Positions 19,770 to 30,307 of a stretch of 64,000 bases of DNA are shown in pieces. The stretch is from a virus. A program made the position numbers and the translations under genes. Below the pieces are notes generated by a model, which saw only the letters and a list, made by a program, of their open reading frames with translations, ran no database searches and was not told the origin of the DNA. The stretch is taken from IMG/VR virus record IMGVR_UViG_3300022879_000002, positions 32,001 through 96,000 of that record; one strand, written 5' to 3'. Each line of letters starts with the position of its first letter. Positions within the stretch are counted from its first letter, which is position 1.

Positions 19770-20882
19770 GATTCCATCTCCTTATTATATGTAATTTATT
19801 GATTATGTATTTTTATTAATATTCTCATTTTATATAATTGAGTGACCTAACAGTGTACAACATTCACATGCTTGGGTGTTTCTCGTAATGAGAGCAGGGT
19901 TACTGGTTTGTCACTTCTCCTACTACTAACCCTTTTTGGGATAATCATTCTATGTAATTAAAATCTCTTCGCTACCCATGTTGATACTTTAGAGATAAAA
20001 GGATCATATATGTATTTGTCTAATCCAAACATTATTTCCTCTATGTTATATGCTAGCCACCTTAGAATAAATAAAGGGAATGTAATTGGTAACATAATAA
20101 TTCTCATACTATTATCAACAATACCTTTTACTTTCATTTGCTTTTTCGAACCAATAAAATGATTTATCATCCCTTCAGCTCCTTTCATAATAGGCTCGTT
20201 TTATCAAAATTGATTATCATTTCATCCATTTCGATTTTCATACCTTCCAGATAGATTGTTTTGTTATCTTCATCAATATTAATAAAATCAGAATATCTAG
20301 TAATAGTTTCTCCATCTTCAGTCTTAAATTCAATCTTATACTTTTTCTTTGGTACTTGCTCAATACTGCTAGTTAGAAGTGGCTTTCCCATTAATAACAC
20401 CTCATTTGTTTCACTATCTACTAATAATGCTTCTCCTGTATCTAATCCCACTATGTCAAAACTCCTTTATTTAATTAATTTGTTCCATAATTTATCATAT
20501 AAATAGTCATCATCCACGTATCTCAATATGTATAATATTATCCTTTGTTTCAATCTATCGATGAATGAATATCTTATGTCTGTTGACAATTCTTCATCTT
20601 TTATATTTTTTTCAATTTTATTTATATAAGTCGTGTATAGTTCAAATTCTGTATTTTCTTTACTTCCATACAGCTCTAAAACCTTGTTCTCTATTTTCTC
20701 ACTAATTAATTTTTCTATCCTATTTTTCGCAGCACTTGACGCATCCAACGAAAGTAATTCAATTCTTTTAGAAAGTTCCTCGTTTTTCATTCTTATCTTT
20801 TCTAACCTATTATTCAATTCATCATAATAAGCCATTTTCACACCTTCTAATTTTTTATAATACTTTGTTTTTATTTAATTCT

Positions 20883-21386
20883 TTATGTAATTTCTAATGT
20901 TTTTGGATGAAGCGTTATGATAGGTTTACTTTTACTTTGTGCATATTTTACACAGTTTCCTGTACCACCTTTGGTTCCGTCCCATATGGCTATTATGTAA
21001 TTTGAATTATCTACCATATACTCATTACGCTTCTGCATACACCAACTTGTATAAGGTTCTTTCGATACATATACAACTTCATCTGCTTTCGCAATAATAG
21101 CGTACCATTCATCTATATTCGGTTGAAACCATTTAGAATAATGTTTATCACATGGTACAGCGCAAACCAATTTAATGTTAGGATATTTTTCTTTTAGTTT
21201 GAGTACAATCCTAGCTGACCACATATCAATTCCTAAAGCCATTCCACTAATGAATGTATGTACTTCTTTATTCTCAATATGATCAATAATTACGTCTCTC
21301 AGTTTAAATAGTAATTCAGAATTGTCTTTTGGATTGTAACCATTTAATTTGTTTGGTCTATGTCCAGTGAAGCAAGCTGTTTTCAA
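20883..21386 (-). CDS. YspA/DUF1273 SLOG family protein (YoqJ-like)
   Basis: CFTGHRP, FISGMALGIDMW, RNEYMVDNS...WDG...GGTGNCV. Confidence 0.9.
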   Translation of the reverse strand: MKTACFTGHRPNKLNGYNPKDNSELLFKLRDVIIDHIENKEVHTFISGMALGIDMWSARIVLKLKEKYPNIKLVCAVPCDKHYSKWFQPNIDEWYAIIAKADEVVYVSKEPYTSWCMQKRNEYMVDNSNYIIAIWDGTKGGTGNCVKYAQSKSKPIITLHPKTLEIT

Positions 21387-23908
21387 AATAAATTAACTCC
21401 CTTCTATTATTAAACACTTATCTTATACAAATATTGTTTAGCTATTACATTATTAAGAAAATCCTCAGCACCATCCCACCATGTTTTATAATCATCTACT
21501 AATGACAAATAAAACATCAAAGATTCTTGATCGAATCTTACTACTTTAACCATCCTTCCAGAATCATCGATAATATACTTGTTCCCAACTATACTTTGAT
21601 AGTATTCGTTATTTTGATTAATCATTTCTTTAATTTGTTCAATCCTATTCACAGTGTTAATCCAATTCATATTAAGCCTCCTATTAAGAATATCTCAACT
21701 CCCAATTTATGTAACTTTTAATATATGTTATTTATCATTATTTTTAACATCTTCAATTAATTTTGCTGTGTAAATATAGCCTTTTTTAATTCTTCTTTGT
21801 ACATCTGATACTTTTACAATTTGGTACTTTTCTAAAATAGCTTTAACAATCTCTATTTCTTGATATCTTGATAATTTTTCCATTTTAACATCTCCTTATT
21901 TTTAATAAAAATCCAATATTATTAAAAGAACTCATCAAAACTCACTCTATTTACTTCTTTTATTTCTAAAGTAATTACTTCGCAATCATCAAATCTACCT
22001 TCGTTCCAATTTCTCTTTTCAGATTGTGCAATAGATGATTTCAATGCTCCTAAGTTGTTCCAAGCTTTACCTTTAGATGAGAACTGAGGATACCCTCCAC
22101 TCATACCTTTATAATAATCTCCTTTTGAATTTTTAATTTTATAAACCACTCCAGATTCCATTATCACTCACCCCATTATGTATTTTTAACAATAAATCTA
22201 TTTTATTCTTCAATATAAACGTGTGTATTTGTTTTCTCCATTCTTGTCCATCAATCGGAAATCCTTCTAATTTTTGATCATGATAGCCTCTATTTAGATA
22301 ATTATGAACAATGTCTTTTACTGCTTCTTCAATAATTTCTTCATTGGTGAAGTCTGAATCATATCCCCAATAACCACTTAACTGTTGTAGATTCTCGCTA
22401 TTATATTTACTCATATTTAGTGACACTTTAAATTCCTGTTCCACCATTACTGTAATTTCCTTCTTCAAACTCATTCCTCCTTTCAATAATAACTCTCTTT
22501 TTTTTATTTATATACCAAAAATCTATTCATCTACTCTGAATATCATACTCAACAGTTTTTCTGATTTCTGTTTACTCAATACCTAAACTTGCCTAAATGT
22601 GAATATTCATCTCGATTTTTCTCCATATACCACTTTTTAAATTTTCCTCAACGTCACTTAAATTGTATTCTGAGTATTGTTTATTTATTTTTTCATCAAA
22701 CCAGAATACTTCCACTTTGTTTATTATTGATTTACGTTTTAGCTTTACATAAAAAATTTTATTATGAGGATAATTTGGGAACTCTTTTAAGACAAATGCA
22801 AAAGGTTTAAAATCTTTTGGCGGTGTTTCGAATATCATTTAATCCCTCTTTCTGTAAAAGTTTAGTATTATTTAATTACTTTAAGTATCCAATCTTTTTA
22901 GCATAATTAATTATCTCGTTTTGCACATCCTCTCCATGTCCCCAATCACCACTGTATAATCCTCCATAACCATTTACACCATTAGCGCTCTTGCCTGTTC
23001 TAATGAATATGCTGAAATCACAAACTAAAGCCCAAAGTGTACCGCCATGAGAGAATCCTTCATGAGAAAATCCACTGTATGCATAAACTTCTTTACTTGT
23101 GTAAGCATCTACAAAATATACTCTGTTGTTTTTGCACTTCATGTAAGCCGTTTGTGGTTCTCCAGTTACCCTATTTCTCTCTTTATAGAAAAATCTACGA
23201 CCTCGTTCAGATATGTATTTTATTAAATTGTTAATTGTTTCTAGGCGTTTTTCTTTCTCCTCGCTCATACGACACACCCTTATTATGTATTTTGTTTTAT
23301 AAAAGCATGATATTACTTAAACTGTGATCCAAATATTATGCTTATCACATAAGTCGTAGAATTGAGACAATCTATCATCAACTAATTCGGTAATCCCACT
23401 TAACCAACTCTCACCTTTTACATACTCTACAAGAGCTTCTTCTCCTGCGTGTGTATCAGATTCAATCGTGTAAAGTAAATCTTTAAATTCTTCATGATCA
23501 TAATCGTCTAACTTAAATAAATCTGGTTTATTTGAAATACGTTTAATTGTGCTTTCTAATTCTTGTAGAATTTTGAATGATTCTCCCTCACTAATTAATG
23601 CCCTTAAATGTTTGCCGTTTATTTTAGACTTCCACTCTCTCATCTTTAATCACTCCTCAAAGTTTAATAATATATTGGTTTCATTTAATTACTTCTTTAT
23701 AAGCTTCGGCTAAATGTTGTTCCTGCCCTTCTGAATAAGTAGGATTGAACTCATTTGCAACTTGCTCCAATCTTACTGCAATATCAATTAGAAACTTAAT
23801 ATCGTCATCATTGATATCACGCATTAAATCATTATCAGATAATGCTTTTATGTATTTAATTCTTTCTTGTTCTTTCATTTCGTATCACTCCTTATTTTAT
23901 CTACCTAA

Positions 23909-23953
23909 ATATTACCACAACGACATTATAAATACAACTATAATTATGTATTT
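23909..23953 (-). promoter_or_regulatory. sigmaA promoter with AAATACATAA motif
   Basis: Minus strand AAATACATAA-6-TTGTAT-17-TAATAT. Confidence 0.7.
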
Positions 23954-24008
23954 ATTTAAATAAAAGACGTAAGAGTAAATTCTTACGCCTTAAATAGAAA
24001 TCAAAAAT

Positions 24009-24152
24009 CTAATCTTCATCAGTGTCCCATGAATTATTTTCTGCTTCAATTTGATCATCGTGGCATTCTTCACATTGTATAGCATCGTGCATATCGCTAG
24101 TACTTACGTCTTCTAAACAATCGAAACAATATGAGTCTTTGTCTTTATGCAT
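24009..24152 (-). CDS. 47-aa acidic protein with two CxxC pairs (not in ORF track)
   Basis: MHKDKDSYCFDCLED...CEECHDDQ...DTDED*, RBS GGAGG. Confidence 0.6.
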   Translation of the reverse strand: MHKDKDSYCFDCLEDVSTSDMHDAIQCEECHDDQIEAENNSWDTDED

Positions 24153-24243
24153 ATAAACACCTCCAATAAAATAATATTATCACAAATTCATCAAATTAAA
24201 AATATTTCTCGTTTCTGTTCTTTATTTCCATAAAACGTGACTA

Positions 24244-25257
24244 TTATTGAATCATATTCATGTAACATGACTTAATTAACTCTGCTTTTTCTTCTGTATT
24301 AAATTCTGTAGACCCATCAATCAATTTTACAAAGTCCAAGTCTTTATTTTTACGATTTAATAGATATTCTTTTTGAATCTCTTTATTAAAATTCAATAAA
24401 TACAACTCAGAATATCTATTTTCTGAAATACCTTGCTTTAAACTTTTAGCAATATGCTCTTCCTTGAGGAGTTCAGGATACTTTTTGACAATTGATTTAT
24501 AGTTGATAGATCCATTTTTAGTAGGAGCTAATAGTTTCAATACTTTATTAGTAGAAATATCTTGATACTCAACTATTCTCATAAAATATGAAACATGTGA
24601 TGCTTCCTTATGTAATTTTTCTAATAATAAATTAAATAGTTCATCATCTTCTATCAATAACTTATTTTTAAGAAGCAATTGAAAAGGAATTTGCACATAA
24701 GACTCACTCTTAAATACTTTTTCTAAATCAAACTTATAATTACGATGCCTAGTAAAGTAGAAACCCATATTACCATCATAAATTTGACCGTTACATACGT
24801 ATAATTGTTGTGTGTTTTTTAGACATAATTTTAGTTGTTCTTTATTGTAGTGGCTAGGTAGAACTATGTCTTTTGCCCAAACTGGATAGTCTATATTAAA
24901 AATGTTGAATAGATTTATAATTTCATCTTTATTGTCAAAGTAACAACTGAGAATTTTAAACCACATTGGAATTTGTTCGCTGTCCATATCACTAAATGAA
25001 ATATCTCTAGGCTTATAATTTAAGTTACAAATAACTGCGCTCTCGATTGTGTCAATAGTTATGCTATTTGAGAATGATTTTATTGTTTCTAGTTGCTTCA
25101 AATTAGAAAGTAATTCATTATTTTCAGCTTTTAATTTTATATGATCTTCATTTAAATTTTCATAGTTCTTTTTCAAATTTTCATATTTATTGATATAACT
25201 CTCTATTTGAGCATTTACTTCCATTTGAATTGCATTTGTAATAATATCATTAACCAT
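24244..25257 (-). CDS. Hypothetical protein with N-terminal coiled coil
   Basis: 337 aa, RBS GGAGG, flanked on both sides by palindromic sites (24230, 25293). Confidence 0.7.
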   Translation of the reverse strand: MVNDIITNAIQMEVNAQIESYINKYENLKKNYENLNEDHIKLKAENNELLSNLKQLETIKSFSNSITIDTIESAVICNLNYKPRDISFSDMDSEQIPMWFKILSCYFDNKDEIINLFNIFNIDYPVWAKDIVLPSHYNKEQLKLCLKNTQQLYVCNGQIYDGNMGFYFTRHRNYKFDLEKVFKSESYVQIPFQLLLKNKLLIEDDELFNLLLEKLHKEASHVSYFMRIVEYQDISTNKVLKLLAPTKNGSINYKSIVKKYPELLKEEHIAKSLKQGISENRYSELYLLNFNKEIQKEYLLNRKNKDLDFVKLIDGSTEFNTEEKAELIKSCYMNMIQ

Positions 25258-26052
25258 TATTATTCCTCCGTTTTATGTATTTTCATCTTTTAATAATAGA
25301 ATCATTTTATCTGAAGCTTAAATTGACTGTGGTATATCTGACTGGTGTATTAGGTTGTATTGTTACTTCATTTATGTTGCTCACATAAACAAGTAGCTGT
25401 GTTTTAATATCATCATCATCAATTATATTTCTAATATAGTCTCCTTCTTTTACACAAATGCTATTATTTCTTAAAGTTTCTTCAGAAATCCCAGAAAAAT
25501 ATTTCATTATGTAATTCCTCCTTTTAATAGTTCCATAGTTTATGGTGTCTTTTGTTTAACTCTTCAATTTCACTTGTATCAATTGTCTTTCTGAACTCAT
25601 TTATCAATTCTTTAAGGTTATCTAATGCTTCAACTTCAGTCTTACCTAATCCTACTAGTTCAGGTGATAATCTAAAGTAAGCAATATGACCTCTTGTAGT
25701 TTCTTTAATGATTAATTTAGGTTTATCTGCATCTTCTAGTAACTGTTTAAGCATTTGTTCTGTCATCATTCGAATTTTCCTCCTTTTAATAAAACTCCTC
25801 TATTATTCTAAAATTTAGTCATATTTATTTTTCATTTGGTAATAATTTAAGTAATTTCTCATTTCTACATCATTATGGCTATCTTTGTGTAAGTGAGCAT
25901 TCACCAACCTGAACATAATTAAATCCCTAACTTCTTTCTTTTGTTGGAGTGTAGAAAAAGTAATCATATTAGCTATCTTGGTTGCAAAATCTTCATAATA
26001 ATTAAGATTGTTCATTATTATCTTCTCTCCTTTCATAAAATGAACATATTAA

Positions 26053-26280
26053 TTAATCTTCATTGTGTATAACATATTCTTCTTGGTGAAAGTCATACTC
26101 TTCTTCATCGTCATACTCAACCTCTATATCTTCAATCACTACATTCTGATCATCTACATCCCATTGTTTAACACCTTCAATATTAAATAGTTCATGTTCA
26201 ACAGCATCCAATGCGTTATTGGCGTTAATGTCTTCTTCGTTATAAATAACAGACATTGTAAATGTGATCTTCTTCATCAT
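26053..26280 (-). CDS. Highly acidic small protein
   Basis: 24 D/E and 3 K in 75 aa. Confidence 0.7.
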   Translation of the reverse strand: MMKKITFTMSVIYNEEDINANNALDAVEHELFNIEGVKQWDVDDQNVVIEDIEVEYDDEEEYDFHQEEYVIHNED

Positions 26281-26348
26281 ATGTATAACTTGCCCCTTTT
26301 TTCTTTTTAGTTATATGTATTTTTATAATATTCAGTTTTTATGTAAAT

Positions 26349-26834
26349 CTACTTTACCTCTCTAAACCATTGTGGATTCAACATGATATGTATAGCCTTC
26401 ATTAACATTGGTGTATCAAAATAACCAAAATGACATTGATTCTGTTCGATTCCTAATAAGATGGACATTCTTCGATAAGCCTCGCTACGTCCTAATAATT
26501 TCTTCTTCCACACAATATCAAATAGATCGTGACAAGCAGTTTTTAGTACTTTCATTTCTTTAGTTGCTAATACCCCTAATGGCTTACCATTATCATGACA
26601 GCCTACACTTGCTTGGCAGTTCCTACATAAATAGCATTTACCATTACCATATTCTTTCCCATAAATTTCTTTATTTGAAGTAAATACGACTACTTGATTA
26701 CAGTAAGGACATTGTTTTGGTGCTTCCAATATAATTACTCCTCCCTTTCGATAATATCTATCTTTTATGTAATTTTTAAAATAGATTCCAATTGATTTAA
26801 GTAGCGTTAAACTATTTCCTGACACTTTATACAT
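26349..26834 (-). CDS. DUF3268-type zinc-finger protein
   Basis: CPYC...YLCRNCQASVGCH...PLGVLA...ACHDLFD; likely start near LEAPKQ. Confidence 0.8.
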   Translation of the reverse strand: MYKVSGNSLTLLKSIGIYFKNYIKDRYYRKGGVIILEAPKQCPYCNQVVVFTSNKEIYGKEYGNGKCYLCRNCQASVGCHDNGKPLGVLATKEMKVLKTACHDLFDIVWKKKLLGRSEAYRRMSILLGIEQNQCHFGYFDTPMLMKAIHIMLNPQWFREVK

Positions 26835-26952
26835 CTTAATCTTAAAACGCTCTGTAAATTATTTAATCATTGTTATAAGAAACATCTAACTTTGATGTTT
26901 TGTTTGGTTGAATTGATACCCAAAAAGCCATACTTTTACTTAATCGTAATTC

Positions 26953-27035
26953 ATGCAAGGTTTACGGACAGAAATGCAACCTTTAGAGACTCAAATGCAA
27001 ACTTCAAAGGACAAAAATGCAAGCTAACCTTGCAT
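26953..27035 (+). repeat. Phased iteron-like direct repeats
   Basis: ATGCAA cores at 26953, 26974, 26995, 27017 (spacing 21, 21, 22) plus inverted TTGCAT at 27030. Confidence 0.7.
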
Positions 27036-27164
27036 AAATTACGGTGTATAAAGAACAATATACATAATATACATAAGATACAATAAGAACCAGTATATAC
27101 GATTTCATTTTCTATCGAAAAGTGAGAATCGTAGTCCACCTTTTTCTCTCCCTTTACCCTTAGA

Positions 27165-27791
27165 TTAAATATTAGATAAATTAACTCTATAGTGGTTATT
27201 AAATTTATCGAATTTATTCTCATCAAATGGATTATCAAAATGTACTTGATGTTTAGTTATACTTATTAACTTTTCCTTTTTTAGTTTGTTATTGTATCTG
27301 GTTAACGTTTTATCGCTTATATTTAAATCGTTTATGATCGTTTCATATGCAGGAAAACAGTAATCCTTCATGATATCGTTTCTATTTATATATGACTCAT
27401 AATAAAACACCAGTCTATATCCTAATAAACCAATCGTTTCAATATGAAGGTTTAAATTTAAGGGGATTTGCGTGAACCAATCATCACGATATGGATGTAA
27501 CAATTCTAACTTTAATTTCTTTCTAATAGGAAAATCACTTATTTCGTTTTTAATCATTTTTTGCTCATATAAATTTTTAAAACAATTCTTCAATGTCCTA
27601 TTATCGTTAATGCCCAGTGCATTTTTAATTGAAACATGATCAACTTCCAATACGGTATTATTTTTATCGTGCATTCTGAATTTCTTGTATAGTAAATATA
27701 CGTATACTGCAAAAGACTTCTCATCAATATTGAATCCTATATTTCTTACAATTTCTGTTGGCACTTGTAACCATACCTTAGTTTCTCTCAT
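27165..27791 (-). CDS. Winged-helix (HTH_36/replication-initiator-like) protein
   Basis: Two wHTH-like halves; CFPAYETIINDLNISDKTLTRYNNKLKKEKLI. Confidence 0.6.
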   Translation of the reverse strand: MRETKVWLQVPTEIVRNIGFNIDEKSFAVYVYLLYKKFRMHDKNNTVLEVDHVSIKNALGINDNRTLKNCFKNLYEQKMIKNEISDFPIRKKLKLELLHPYRDDWFTQIPLNLNLHIETIGLLGYRLVFYYESYINRNDIMKDYCFPAYETIINDLNISDKTLTRYNNKLKKEKLISITKHQVHFDNPFDENKFDKFNNHYRVNLSNI

Positions 27792-27880
27792 TATAATTCA
27801 ACCTTTATGTATATTATTAACCAAATCCCTCACTAACAAAATTATTCCCTTTGATATATTTTAATAAAATTAAGAAATAG

Positions 27881-28240
27881 TTACTCCTTTAGATGTTTTA
27901 TGATCTCCCAAATATCTCTTAAACGTTTAACTGACTCTTCATTTGAAACAATCAATTCTTTATAAAATTCTTCTAATTCAGGATTGTTATTAGATACTTG
28001 AAAAGAATTAGCACCTTTTTCTACTTGGGAAAGATGAGTAGGTTCAGTTGTGTTACCAAGTAAATAATCAACTGATACATTGAAAAAACTCGCCATCTCT
28101 TTTAGTAATTTAAAATCAGGTTCTCTTTTTCCTGTTTCATATTTGGATAATGCCGAATAAGTAATGCTCAATGAATTAGCTAAATGCTCTCGACTAATAT
28201 CTTCTTGTTCTCTTAGCTTTTTTAATTGTTTATGAAACAA
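27881..28240 (-). CDS. XRE family HTH regulator
   Basis: LKKLREQEDISREHLANSLSITYSALSKYETGKREP; C-terminus resembles that of 16484..16873. Confidence 0.9.
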   Translation of the reverse strand: MFHKQLKKLREQEDISREHLANSLSITYSALSKYETGKREPDFKLLKEMASFFNVSVDYLLGNTTEPTHLSQVEKGANSFQVSNNNPELEEFYKELIVSNEESVKRLRDIWEIIKHLKE

Positions 28241-28547
28241 ATTAATCCCCTCTTTCGATAATAGATGTGTTTTATGTAGTAACTCATTCTTTATCCATCA
28301 AAATACCATTTACAAAATGCACATCTTCTTTATCATCAATAAGATTATCTAAAGGAACACTACGCATATAATCCATATAATGTTCTATAGCACAATCTTG
28401 ATTACAAAAATATAACCCTAATTCTTGACTGTGCTCAATTTGAGTTTTATCTGTAAGCACCCTATTACATGTACTGGAAGAACATCTAACCTTTCCATCC
28501 ATACTATTCATCCTGATCACCTCTATTTAATAATAGTTCTATTTCAT

Positions 28548-29261
28548 TTAAAGCTTAATTGTATATTCTTTAGGAATACTAAACGATGTGAATTCATGAT
28601 CTAAGTTATAATGATTTATTATTAGATGTAAAATATCGCTAAATGCCTCCAATGATATATAAACAGCTTCAGAATTATCGTATTCCTCATTCTTTCTTAT
28701 GATCTCTGTCATATTAATAAATTTTGATATTAAGTCATTACTATGAACCTCTCCGCTGTATTTCATATAGTAATAACCATATATGTCTTCATTATACTTT
28801 TTAAATAATTTAGATATAGAATTTACTCCATCTACTCCGTACCATTTATATTTATCTTTAGAAGTAAATTTCTTATTCTTGTATTTTAACTTTATTTCTT
28901 TGATTTCATCAGGTGAGTAAATTGGTATGACATCTGGATATAGATTACTTGTCTTTTCATATATGTCTACTTTTAATTTAAAGTTTGACAACATGAAATC
29001 TCTAGCTCTATTTAAAGAATCTTTTTCCAAAATAAACTTTAGATAAATTAATTTTTCTAATATATTTCTGCATAAGCTATCAGTACCATGATATTTCTTA
29101 TTATTAACTAACAGAAACAATGAGTCTAATTCATAAAAAGCATTACTTGACAGAAACACTAAAGATTGGTCTAAGTCTGATAATTTTTTATTTTCTAACG
29201 CAAGCTCATATATTTTATAGTGAACTGCTCTTAAATCTTCTATTATTATTTTGATATCCAC
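28548..29261 (-). CDS. DUF5677-like (HEPN-related) protein
   Basis: LCRNILEKLIYLKFI and Y...YSGEVHS motifs. Confidence 0.6.
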   Translation of the reverse strand: MDIKIIIEDLRAVHYKIYELALENKKLSDLDQSLVFLSSNAFYELDSLFLLVNNKKYHGTDSLCRNILEKLIYLKFILEKDSLNRARDFMLSNFKLKVDIYEKTSNLYPDVIPIYSPDEIKEIKLKYKNKKFTSKDKYKWYGVDGVNSISKLFKKYNEDIYGYYYMKYSGEVHSNDLISKFINMTEIIRKNEEYDNSEAVYISLEAFSDILHLIINHYNLDHEFTSFSIPKEYTIKL

Positions 29262-29669
29262 TAAACTACCATCTTTCTTTTTTTTAATAATAACTTCCTT
29301 TTATATAAAAATTCTATCCTAATTTAGTATTGCTTTATATGCATATAAATTGTATTTTCCACAATCTTGTTGTAATACATCGTCTGATACAGGATGAATC
29401 TGTCTATACTCAATATGTTCAAAAAAGTCATCCTTCTTTAAGTCTAATCTCATAAATATGGATTTTAATGCAAGTTGTCTTGATTGTGTAGAATTAAAAT
29501 AACTGGATGCTTTTATATCCTTTTCAATTTTCCTTAGTAAATTTTTAATATCTTGATGAGTAAACCCTAAGATTTCTGCATTCGGTGCTACTCTTGGATA
29601 ATCATTATATAGTTTGCTCTCTGAATTTTTCATTACATATCCCCTATATCTTAAATTTTTTTATTGAAT

Positions 29670-29933
29670 TTACTTCAACAACTTTTCAATTTTTAAAATA
29701 ATTGAGTCCAATTTTATTTTACTTTCTTTCAAATTATCCTTGATGATTCTTAACTCATCTTTTGAAAATAATTCGATATTAGAAGACCTAATAAAAAAAT
29801 CTACACTGACATTAAGTTTAGTTGATATTAGTAAAAGCATTTCAATTGAAGGAGTACTGTGTCCATTTTCATAATTACTAATAGTTACTTTAGTTGTCAT
29901 TACTAGATCAGCTAATTCTTCTTGTGTATACAT
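29670..29933 (-). CDS. XRE family HTH regulator
   Basis: TQEELADLVMTTKVTISNYENGHSTP; true start probably upstream (MFQKRLK...). Confidence 0.85.
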   Translation of the reverse strand: MYTQEELADLVMTTKVTISNYENGHSTPSIEMLLLISTKLNVSVDFFIRSSNIELFSKDELRIIKDNLKESKIKLDSIILKIEKLLK

Positions 29934-30007
29934 TTTATTCTTACGAGCTGTTTTTAATCTTTTTTTGAAACATGAGTCACCTTTTTATAATTAGTCATCA
30001 GTTTAAT

Positions 30008-30229
30008 TTATTCAAATGAAGGAGTATCGAAGAACTCGCTTAATGTTATTCCACATCCATTACAATAAGCCTTAACTGTACTTACTTTTGGATGCTTAGA
30101 GCGCCCATTCATAACTTCCGAGATAGTAGATTGTTTTATACCTCCTTTCCTCGCAATTTCTGTAACTGTCTTATCACGTTCTTCAGCTAGCTGAATCATA
30201 CGCATAGTTATCGCTTGATGAATATCCAT
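30008..30229 (-). CDS. XRE family HTH regulator
   Basis: TVTEIARKGGIKQSTISEVMNG. Confidence 0.85.
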   Translation of the reverse strand: MDIHQAITMRMIQLAEERDKTVTEIARKGGIKQSTISEVMNGRSKHPKVSTVKAYCNGCGITLSEFFDTPSFE

Positions 30230-30307
30230 ATGTACATTACTCCATTCATTATAATAAAAGACTTCTAATATCTAATTATCATGCAATATGTAGTAACTAA
30301 GCACTAA

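Larger units (their letters stand above)
19958..26036 (-). other. Array of small hypothetical genes (accessory region 2)
   Basis: About 16 co-oriented ORFs, many bounded by the 18-bp palindrome. Confidence 0.75.

Noticed and set aside
19841-19915. tRNA or known riboswitch/ribozyme
   Set aside because: No T-loop GTTCRA, cloverleaf, or recognisable hammerhead or riboswitch core
24244-25257. Possible AimR arbitrium receptor (similar size)
   Set aside because: No N-terminal HTH or TPR pattern and no adjacent signal-peptide aimP gene
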